DNA of 64,000 nucleotides from Candidatus Saccharimonadota bacterium. GTDB taxonomy: Bacteria; Patescibacteriota; Saccharimonadia; Saccharimonadales; AWTP1-31. The stretch is from NCBI GenBank assembly GCA_003962975.1, contig RXKC01000009.1, forward strand, positions 9,578-73,577, in the 5' to 3' direction. The notes below the pieces were generated by a model. The model was not told the origin of the DNA, did no database searches, and was given only the letters and a program-made list of their open reading frames with translations. This document shows, one piece after another, positions 39,477-47,291 of this stretch (position 1 is its first letter; the number at the start of each line of letters is the position of its first letter). Both the position numbers and the translations under genes were made by a program.

Positions 39477-41390
39477 ATGGATCCAGCTACTCCGCTTCAG
39501 CCGTACTTACCACCTGCGAATGCAGGGCCTGCGCCATTGCCGCCAGCGCCGTTGCAACAGGCGCCACTAACACCTGCAGGGCAGCCCCCGCAATCAGGTT
39601 ACCCGCAACCACCCGCAGGCTACCCACCTGTAGGCACTGCTGTACAGCCAGCTAACGCTGGTTTTCAGCCGCCAATTACGCCAACATCGTATCCACCGTT
39701 ACCACCTGCATCTAATAACCCCTTGCCAAGTTCTTTCCCACCCGGCTTGCCACAGTCACCAGTAGGTAACAGCTTTGATCAGCCAGCACCAGATGGAGCG
39801 GCGCTCAATATCAAAGACGACCTCATAGAAAAGCTTCGTGGCGCCAATAATGTTTTGGTAACCGTCAGTAATAACCCAACGGTTGACCAGTTATCGGCTG
39901 CTATTGGACTAACGTTAGTTCTGAACAAGTTGGATAAGCATGCTACTGCTGTGTACAGTGGCCAGACTCCACCAGCAATCGAGTTCTTGCAACCAGACAA
40001 AACACTCGAAAAAAACACCGATAGTTTACGTGACTTCATTATTGCCCTCGACAAGGCGAAAGCAGACAAGCTGCGCTACAAGGTTGAGGATAAGTTTGTA
40101 AAGATCTTTATAACTCCGTATCACACCAGTCTGAGCGAGAACGATCTTGAGTTTAGTCAGGGTGACTTCAACGTCGATGTTGTAGTGGCCATTGGTGTGC
40201 ATAAGCGTGATGAGCTTGATGAAGCTATTACTGCGCACGGCCGAATTCTCCATGATGCAGTTACGGCCAGTGTGAACAATCAGCAAACATCTGACCTGGG
40301 CACATTAAATTGGTTCGAAGGAACGGCAAGTAGCCTATGTGAAATGGTTGTATCTCTTATTGAACCGCTCCAGGGTGATAAGGCGCTTCTCGACGAGCAG
40401 ATTGCTACGGCATTCCTGACCGGCGTGGTTGCCGAGACTGATCGCTTTAGTAACGAAAAGACCTCTCCACATACTATGAACATCGCGGCATTGCTCATGA
40501 AAGCTGGCGCCAACCAACAACTGGTATCTAGTAAGCTAGAAGCACCACAGGCTATTCCGAAAGATGGCGATGTTGATAAGAAAAAACTCGATGAGCTCGT
40601 TGCCGAGAAGGGTGGAACCCCACTGCCAACCGTCAGTAAAGACGGATCGCTCGCCATTGACCACAAGGCTGAAGAAAAGCCGGCAGCACCAGCCAAGACA
40701 TTGGCCGACCTAGAGCGCGAGAATAAATCGAAAGACGAGGACGAGGGCGAAGATGGCGATCTTGCCAAGATACACATCGATGACGAAGGACGAATTGTAA
40801 ACGCTGCAGAAAAAACAAAAGACAGCGGTCCTATTGCTGAGCAGCCACCACACACTTCAAACATGGTTATGCAGCCACCGACTCTCGGCGGTGACCTAAG
40901 CTCAGCCACCAAAGCTGAATCTACGTCAGTTGCGGCTGTAGATAGTCCAGCACAAGACACAACGTTGTCTCCTCATGGCAAAACCATCGAGCCTTTAACA
41001 GAGGCAGACAAAGGTCAGACACTCGCACAAATTGAAGAGACGGTGGGTAGCCCACATGTTGCCAGCGCAGATGCATTGAACTTGCCGCCAGTGCCAGATC
41101 AGACTGCCGCAGCACGGCAGGCTGTTGAGGCTGCCGCAAGCGCAGTTCCCGATAGGTTGGAGCCAATCGCAGCACTTAATGCTCAACCAGTTGATCTAAA
41201 GAAAGATCAGCCAGCACCGACTCCTGCGCCAGCACCTGCTCCTGTAGACGATCACGTGCCAACAAACGAAGAGATATTTCCGGCTCAGATAATTGGTCCT
41301 GATAAAGGGCTGCCGCCAGATCCAACGGCAGGGGCTGCTGATCCAAGTGCACCGCCGCCAGTACCACCTCCGCTGATGCCAACCTCATAG
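39477..41390 (+). CDS. Hypothetical protein with a Pro-rich N-terminus, a DHH/DHHA1-like core with degenerate catalytic motifs, and a long disordered acidic/Pro-rich C-terminus
   Basis: 637 aa. NNVLVTVSNNPTVDQLSAAIGL, DVVVAIGVHKRD and GVVAETDRFSNEKTS are collinear with NrnA-type DHH motifs I-IV, but most metal ligands are replaced. Confidence 0.6.
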   Translation: MDPATPLQPYLPPANAGPAPLPPAPLQQAPLTPAGQPPQSGYPQPPAGYPPVGTAVQPANAGFQPPITPTSYPPLPPASNNPLPSSFPPGLPQSPVGNSFDQPAPDGAALNIKDDLIEKLRGANNVLVTVSNNPTVDQLSAAIGLTLVLNKLDKHATAVYSGQTPPAIEFLQPDKTLEKNTDSLRDFIIALDKAKADKLRYKVEDKFVKIFITPYHTSLSENDLEFSQGDFNVDVVVAIGVHKRDELDEAITAHGRILHDAVTASVNNQQTSDLGTLNWFEGTASSLCEMVVSLIEPLQGDKALLDEQIATAFLTGVVAETDRFSNEKTSPHTMNIAALLMKAGANQQLVSSKLEAPQAIPKDGDVDKKKLDELVAEKGGTPLPTVSKDGSLAIDHKAEEKPAAPAKTLADLERENKSKDEDEGEDGDLAKIHIDDEGRIVNAAEKTKDSGPIAEQPPHTSNMVMQPPTLGGDLSSATKAESTSVAAVDSPAQDTTLSPHGKTIEPLTEADKGQTLAQIEETVGSPHVASADALNLPPVPDQTAAARQAVEAAASAVPDRLEPIAALNAQPVDLKKDQPAPTPAPAPAPVDDHVPTNEEIFPAQIIGPDKGLPPDPTAGAADPSAPPPVPPPLMPTS

Positions 41391-41435
41391 AGCCAATTAG
41401 TGACTCTGTTTGTAATCTGCTAATCTCTAGAACAT

Positions 41436-42110
41436 ATGGACGAAGTGTTGCTAATAGATAAGCCCAAAGACTGGACCAGCTTTGATGTCGTAGGCAAGAT
41501 TCGCTCACAGCTACGCACTCAAACAGGGCAAAAAGTAAAAGTTGGTCATGCGGGTACGCTTGATCCCCTAGCAACCGGTTTACTGATTGTGCTTATCGGT
41601 AAGGCTACAAAGCGGCAGGACTCCTTTATGAAGCAGGACAAGGTCTATGAAGTTAGCATGAAGCTAGGGCAGACCAGTACCACCGCAGATGCAGAGGGAG
41701 AGAAGACGGACATATCGGATGCGAGACCCACTGTTGCAGAGGTGCAGACGGCAGTTGGTCGGTTTGTGGGCACAATTTCTCAGGTTCCGCCGGCCTATTC
41801 GGCAATCAAGGTCAACGGACAGCGTGCATATAAGTTGGCACGAGCAGGCAAAGAAGTTGCTATCGAACCACGGACGGTGACTATCTACGAAATCATCGAT
41901 TTGCAGTACAACTATCCCCAGATAACCTTTACGACCAAGGTCTCAAGCGGAACCTATATTCGTAGTCTCGTGACAGATATCGGTGATGTGCTCGGCACGG
42001 GAGCATATATGAGTGATCTGCGACGAACGGCAATCGGAGAACATACTGTCCAGAACGCAGTTGCTCCGGAACTGGCAATAACAGAGGTAGCTATTCCGAG
42101 TGACAACTGA
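41436..42110 (+). CDS. truB: tRNA pseudouridine(55) synthase TruB
   Basis: IDKPKDWTSFDVV and the catalytic GHAGTLDPLATGLL block. Confidence 0.93.
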   Translation: MDEVLLIDKPKDWTSFDVVGKIRSQLRTQTGQKVKVGHAGTLDPLATGLLIVLIGKATKRQDSFMKQDKVYEVSMKLGQTSTTADAEGEKTDISDARPTVAEVQTAVGRFVGTISQVPPAYSAIKVNGQRAYKLARAGKEVAIEPRTVTIYEIIDLQYNYPQITFTTKVSSGTYIRSLVTDIGDVLGTGAYMSDLRRTAIGEHTVQNAVAPELAITEVAIPSDN

Positions 42111-42122
42111 TACCATGACGTA

Positions 42123-43787
42123 ATGGTTGTTTCTGTCGACATCGCCGAAAAATCTTTCGGCAACAACGTGCTGTACCAAGATTTACGTCTTGAAGTTCAA
42201 GACGGCGAAAAAATTGGGCTGATTGGCCGCAATGGTACCGGCAAGACCACACTGCTGCATATGATCACAGGTGAGGATACCGATTACGACGGTACCATAC
42301 AGATAAAAAGAGGCAACATTATCATCGGTAGCCGCCAAGAGCACCATGATTTTGAAGATACCCCCGTGCTGGAATATATACTGGCTGATTTGCCAGAGTA
42401 CACGCGCCACAAACACATCCTCGATACTTACCCAGAAAAAATGGGTACCAATAATCGAATGATGCATGAATACTCAGACTCACTAGAGAGATTTAGTCAG
42501 CTCGGCTATTTTGAGGTTGAAGCTGAAATCATCGAAGCTCTGCGTGCCTACCAGGTAGAAGAGGCTATGTCTACTGGCCCACTTAGGAACCTTAGTGGTG
42601 GCCAAAAACGCATGGTTGAGTTGGTAAAAGTGCAGCGTGCCCGGTCTCATTTAGCTCTTATTGACGAGCCAACTAACCACATGGACTATGTTGCCAAAAA
42701 GGCATTTTTAAAGTGGTTTAAGTCTGCCCGTGAAGCAGTGCTGGTGATTTCTCATGATCGTGATGTATTACAGGCTGTCGACCGCGTTATTGAGATTCGC
42801 GATGGCCAAGCCTTTAGCTTCCCGGGCAACTACGACGATTATTTACGAATTAATGCTGCCAAGATGAGCAGTGACGTTACGCAGTTTAGCTTGGTGCAAC
42901 GCCGCATTGCTAACCTCAAAGAAAACGTTATTCGCTTTCGTCGTCTCAAGGAAAGATCACGTGATCCAGGTACCATTCAGCGCTTCAAGTCGCTGGAACA
43001 GAAGGCCGTGGCCGAACTGGCTGAGCTCGAGAAAACAGATATGCCAACTTTTTGGATCGACCGCGAATCGGTAGGTGAACTGAACGAAAAAATGGGTGCA
43101 GCCTATGAAAAACACAAGGCCAAGAATATTAAGGTCGATGCAAGATCGGCTCAGTCAGAAAGTAACCGTTTACTTGTAGAGGTCCGTAAGCTCAGTCTTG
43201 GTTACGAGAGCCCACTATTCTCTGGTATTAGCCTTGATCTTCATGAAGGCGACAGGGTTCGTTTGCACGGCCGTAACGGAGCAGGTAAGTCGACTTTAGT
43301 TAGGACTATCATTGCCAAGATAGAAGAGACACCGGCCGAGGCAACTATATTTGCAGGTACTATCGCCTGCGAGCGAGAGTTAAAAATCGGTGTTTACGAG
43401 CAAGAAATCGATCCCTCTTACCTAAAACTTACTCTGGCGGCAGCTATTGAAAAAGCGTATATGGCTAAAGATGTGCCTATCAGTGACCAAAAGGTAAAAC
43501 AGTTACTCGGTGATTATCTATTCAACCCGGCAACAGATGGAGATGTGCCTATAAGTCGCCTCAGTGGAGGGCAAAAAGCCCGCTTCCAGCTTATTAATAT
43601 GCTGGCAGGTGACCCCCAGATACTAGTACTGGATGAACCGACCAATCACCTTGATCTCCCAAGTATCGAAGAACTAGAGAATGCACTCGAGACGTACCAT
43701 GGCGCGGTTATATACATTTCCCACGATAGTTACTTCGCACGTAACGTCGGCGGCAAAACCGTTGATATTGCAGCTAACACAGATTAA
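42123..43787 (+). CDS. ABC-F family ATPase (two ABC domains, no TM domain)
   Basis: Two Walker A motifs (GRNGTGKTT, GRNGAGKST), two signature motifs (LSGGQKRM, LSGGQKAR) and a charged inter-domain linker. Confidence 0.9.
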   Translation: MVVSVDIAEKSFGNNVLYQDLRLEVQDGEKIGLIGRNGTGKTTLLHMITGEDTDYDGTIQIKRGNIIIGSRQEHHDFEDTPVLEYILADLPEYTRHKHILDTYPEKMGTNNRMMHEYSDSLERFSQLGYFEVEAEIIEALRAYQVEEAMSTGPLRNLSGGQKRMVELVKVQRARSHLALIDEPTNHMDYVAKKAFLKWFKSAREAVLVISHDRDVLQAVDRVIEIRDGQAFSFPGNYDDYLRINAAKMSSDVTQFSLVQRRIANLKENVIRFRRLKERSRDPGTIQRFKSLEQKAVAELAELEKTDMPTFWIDRESVGELNEKMGAAYEKHKAKNIKVDARSAQSESNRLLVEVRKLSLGYESPLFSGISLDLHEGDRVRLHGRNGAGKSTLVRTIIAKIEETPAEATIFAGTIACERELKIGVYEQEIDPSYLKLTLAAAIEKAYMAKDVPISDQKVKQLLGDYLFNPATDGDVPISRLSGGQKARFQLINMLAGDPQILVLDEPTNHLDLPSIEELENALETYHGAVIYISHDSYFARNVGGKTVDIAANTD

Positions 43788-43798
43788 TTCCTAAGGGG

Positions 43799-43827
43799 TT
43801 GTATAAACCCGGTCTATCTGTTAAAAT
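43799..43827 (+). promoter_or_regulatory. rpsO promoter (TTGTAT, 17-nt spacer, TGt-TAAAAT)
   Basis: TTGTAT at 43799-43804, a 17-nt spacer, then an extended -10 TGtTAAAAT ending at 43827. Confidence 0.45.
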
Positions 43828-43873
43828 GGTGTCAACGCCATCAATCTCTTAACCATCTAATTAAAGGAACTGA

Positions 43874-44155
43874 ATGATTTCAACAGAGAAGAAGCAGAAA
43901 GTTATCGCTGACCTGCAAAAAGCTAAGAACGACAACGGCAGCAGTGCTGTACAGGTTGGTATCTTGACCGAACGTATCAAAGAGCTCACCGAGCACCTTA
44001 AGGTCAACAAAAAAGACTTTATGGCGCGCCGCGGACTACTACAGATGGTTGGCAAGCGCAAACGACACCTAAAGTACATCGCTGATCACGACAGTGCAGC
44101 CTACCTGGCTCTTATCAAGAAGCTTGGTATTCGACAATCAAAAGGTAATTCGTAA
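43874..44155 (+). CDS. rpsO: 30S ribosomal protein S15
   Basis: 93 aa. GSSAVQVGILTERIKELTEHLKVNKKDFMARRGLLQMVGKRKRHLKY is canonical S15. Confidence 0.96.
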   Translation: MISTEKKQKVIADLQKAKNDNGSSAVQVGILTERIKELTEHLKVNKKDFMARRGLLQMVGKRKRHLKYIADHDSAAYLALIKKLGIRQSKGNS

Positions 44156-44334
44156 GCAACTAATTTGCATAGACTAAACTGCCCCACACATACCCAAAAG
44201 GGGCAGGAGCTTGTGCACATTAACACTCCTTCGTCGTAGAGCTACAGATATACCACTGGCTGCCCAGCACAAGGGCCAAACGCGTATATTTGCTCCCTGC
44301 GACGAACGAGATAACAGAAGGGAACAAACCACAT
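44156..44334 (+). promoter_or_regulatory. Structured rpsO-pnp intergenic leader
   Basis: A 179-nt gap. It has a 7-bp hairpin CTGCCCC/GGGGCAG (44179-44206) without a U-tract, and a long-range 7-bp pairing TTCGTCG (44230-44236) with CGACGAA (44300-44306). Function is inferred from the E. coli rpsO-pnp precedent. Confidence 0.3.
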
Positions 44335-46461
44335 ATGTCGACAATCAACCCGCTTGGTAAAGACATTATTAAAGTAGAGACCGATTTTTGCGGTCAAACA
44401 CTCAGCCTCGAGGTAAACCGTGTCGGGTTTCGTACTACGGCTAGTGTTATCGTCCGTTATGGCGATACAGTTGTTCTAGGAACAGCCATGGTTGGCCAGA
44501 AGCCAGTACCAATGGACTACTTTCCTCTTAGCATTGATTACGAAGAAAAAATGTATGCCGCTGGCAAGATCAGCGGTAGCCGCTTTATTAAGCGCGAAGG
44601 CCGCCCGAGCGAGGACGCCATTCTTATTGGTCGTTTAATCGATCGTCCAATTCGACCACTGTGGCCAAAAGGCTACCGCCACGAAGTGCAAGGTGTTGCC
44701 ACCGTACTTTCTATGGATCCTAACTTCCGTCCAGACATGATCGCTATGATCGCGACAAGTGCTGCTCTTATGCTGACAGGTGCGCCATTCGAAGGTCCTG
44801 TAGCCGGTGTTCGCGTAGCTATTGTTGACGGCAAAATGAAAGCCTTTGCTACAGCCGCTCAATTAGAAGAAGGCTTGCTTGACCTCGTTGCCGCTGGTAC
44901 CGAAAACGCCATCATGATGGTAGAGGCTGGTGCCAACGAAGTTTCAGAAGCTCAAGTTATCGACGCTCTTAGCTTCGCACAAGAAGCTATTCAGCCGGCT
45001 ATTGCTCTACAAAAAGAGTTGGTCAAGAAAGTGGCTGTAGAACCTCAAGAATACGAGCTAAGCCTGCCAAGCGAAGATATCCAAGCCGAAGTCGACGCCT
45101 ATCTCAAAGACAAAATGGGCAAAAATATCCGTACAAACTATGCTGATCGTCACGCCAAAATGCACGTTATTCGCGAAGAGTTACTGGCTCACTTTGCTGA
45201 AAAGCTTGGTGACGACTATGAGGCAGTCAAGCGAGAGTACGAAGACGCTTTTGCTAGCGCAGCTAACAAAGATGTACGCAAGGGCATTATCGAAGAGAAT
45301 GCACGTCCTGACGGCCGCGAACTCACCGAAGTGCGCCCGCTTAGCCATGAAGTAGGCTTTTTACCGCGTGCTCATGGTTCAAGCCTGTTCACCCGAGGTA
45401 TGACACAGGGCATGAACATCGTGACCTTAGCGCCACTCAGCTACGCACAACTTATCGATACTATGGAGCGAGAGGGCGAGAAGCGCTATATGCATCACTT
45501 CAACGCTCCAGGTTATACAGTGGGCGAAATTAAGCGTTTGGGTAGTCCAGGGCGCCGCGAAATCGGTCACAGCGCGCTCGCTGAACGTGCATTGCTGCCA
45601 GTTATTCCAAGCGAAGCCGACTTTCCGTACACTATTCGAGCGGTAACAGAGATCATGAGTCAGCACGGCAGTACCAGTATGGCTGCCACCTGTTCAAGTA
45701 CTTTGGCACTTCTTAACGCTGGTGTACCGCTTGTCCGACCAGTCAGTGGTATCGCTATGGGCCTAGTGCTTGATGGTGATCGACCAATTATTCTCAGCGA
45801 CATTGCTGACGCTGAAGACTTTGCTGGTGATATGGACTTCAAGGTTACCGGAACAACCAAGGGTATTACCGCACTGCAGATGGATATGAAAGTACACGGC
45901 CTCGGCATTGATATCTTGGCTCAGGCACTTGAGCAAGGTAAAACTGGACGAGCATTTATTCTCGACAGCATGCTGCAGACTATCTCTGAGCCCGCTCAGA
46001 TGAGTCCATATGCACCACGTGTTGAATCGATTAGCATTAACCCTGACAAAATCCGCGAGGTCATTGGTAAGGGTGGTGAAGTCATCCAGAAGATTACTGG
46101 TGAAACTGGAGCCGAAATCGACATTAAAGACGATGGAACAATTATGATTGCCAGCCCAGACGGCGCCAGCATTCAGGCTGCTAAGGACTGGATCCAGAGC
46201 ATTGTGGCTGAGCCAGAAGTAGGCAAGATCTATAAAGACGTGCCAGTGGCCAGCGTGCTCGACTTTGGTGCCTTTGTCACTATCATGCCAGGTAAAGATG
46301 GCTTGGTGCACGTCAGTGAAATGTCAGAAGAGCGCGTTGCTAGTCCAAGCGATGTCGTTAAAGAAGGCGACAAAGTAACCGTTAAACTAGTAGCTATCGA
46401 CGACCGTGGCCGCCTGCAGCTCAGTATGAAAGCCGCTGCTCGCGAACTAGCTGGCAAGTAA
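44335..46461 (+). CDS. pnp: Polyribonucleotide nucleotidyltransferase (PNPase)
   Basis: Two RNase PH domains, a KH domain (IREVIGKGGEVIQKI) and an S1 domain (GAFVTIMPGKDGLVHVSE). I trimmed the track TTG start (44290) to the ATG at 44335. Confidence 0.96.
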   Translation: MSTINPLGKDIIKVETDFCGQTLSLEVNRVGFRTTASVIVRYGDTVVLGTAMVGQKPVPMDYFPLSIDYEEKMYAAGKISGSRFIKREGRPSEDAILIGRLIDRPIRPLWPKGYRHEVQGVATVLSMDPNFRPDMIAMIATSAALMLTGAPFEGPVAGVRVAIVDGKMKAFATAAQLEEGLLDLVAAGTENAIMMVEAGANEVSEAQVIDALSFAQEAIQPAIALQKELVKKVAVEPQEYELSLPSEDIQAEVDAYLKDKMGKNIRTNYADRHAKMHVIREELLAHFAEKLGDDYEAVKREYEDAFASAANKDVRKGIIEENARPDGRELTEVRPLSHEVGFLPRAHGSSLFTRGMTQGMNIVTLAPLSYAQLIDTMEREGEKRYMHHFNAPGYTVGEIKRLGSPGRREIGHSALAERALLPVIPSEADFPYTIRAVTEIMSQHGSTSMAATCSSTLALLNAGVPLVRPVSGIAMGLVLDGDRPIILSDIADAEDFAGDMDFKVTGTTKGITALQMDMKVHGLGIDILAQALEQGKTGRAFILDSMLQTISEPAQMSPYAPRVESISINPDKIREVIGKGGEVIQKITGETGAEIDIKDDGTIMIASPDGASIQAAKDWIQSIVAEPEVGKIYKDVPVASVLDFGAFVTIMPGKDGLVHVSEMSEERVASPSDVVKEGDKVTVKLVAIDDRGRLQLSMKAAARELAGK

Positions 46462-46481
46462 CAGTAAGAAAGGGGAGGGTT

Positions 46482-46676
46482 ATGGCACAGAGTAAAGCAA
46501 CCAAGAACGAACGTATCTTTAAAGCTGTACAGGGTGTGGCTGGCCTGACCCTGAGTTGGTTCCTATTTATTCGGGCTGTCGACACCGGCAGCCTGCAGCA
46601 ATATGGACTACTCATACTTATTTTGATCATTAGTGTTAACCGGTTATTTCGAGCAGCTGTTCCGAAGAAAAAATGA
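46482..46676 (+). CDS. Small hypothetical membrane protein (64 aa)
   Basis: A very strong SD (AAAGGGGAGGG) lies 5 nt upstream. It has two hydrophobic helices. Its stop overlaps the next start (ATGA). Confidence 0.55.
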   Translation: MAQSKATKNERIFKAVQGVAGLTLSWFLFIRAVDTGSLQQYGLLILILIISVNRLFRAAVPKKK

Positions 46677-47272
46677 GTACAGCCAGCACCCTTGACCAGA
46701 TTAAGGCAGATATTTTGAACAAAAATATTTGCCCAGAGCTGGCCAAGCAGGCGACTCAACTAGTCTTTGGTAGCGGTAATCCAAATGCAGACGTCGTCTT
46801 TATCGGCGAAGCACCAGGAAAGAACGAAGACCTAAAAGGCGAACCCTTTGTCGGTGCGTCTGGTAGGTTTCTCGACGAGATGCTGGCTAGTGTTGGCCTA
46901 GATCGCTCGGACATTTACATTACAAACATCGTGAAGTATCGGCCACCAAATAACCGTGACCCACTTCCCGTAGAAAAGCAGGCCTTTCTACCGTACTTGT
47001 ACGCTCAGCTGGCAGCAATTAAGCCCAAGGTCATCGTGACACTTGGGCGACACAGCACTAATTGCTTCTTGCCGGGTTTACAGATCAGTCAGATTCATGG
47101 TCAACCCAAACGTATACGAGTCAAGGTGCATGGTACCGAGCTAACATGGGTAATTTTACCGCTCTACCATCCAGCTGCCGCTCTATACAACGGCTCGATG
47201 CGCTCAACATTGCTTGATGACTTCGCATCGGTGCCGGCACTCATTTCAAATGATTACAAAATAACTCTCTAA
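46673..47272 (+). CDS. Uracil-DNA glycosylase superfamily protein (family 4-like)
   Basis: VVFIGEAPGKNEDLKGEPFVGASGRFLDEML is the family-4 motif A region, and HPAAALY lies near the C-terminus. The whole protein has only two Cys. Confidence 0.85.
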   Translation: MSTASTLDQIKADILNKNICPELAKQATQLVFGSGNPNADVVFIGEAPGKNEDLKGEPFVGASGRFLDEMLASVGLDRSDIYITNIVKYRPPNNRDPLPVEKQAFLPYLYAQLAAIKPKVIVTLGRHSTNCFLPGLQISQIHGQPKRIRVKVHGTELTWVILPLYHPAAALYNGSMRSTLLDDFASVPALISNDYKITL

Positions 47273-47291
47273 TATAAGAAAAAGGAGAAAA

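Noticed and set aside
39401-39655. 84-aa ORF (39401-39655) overlapping the start of the 637-aa gene in another frame.
   Set aside because: It has Cys/Thr/Ala/Arg-rich composition typical of an off-frame read of Pro-rich coding sequence. The 637-aa frame is far longer and contains a recognisable domain.
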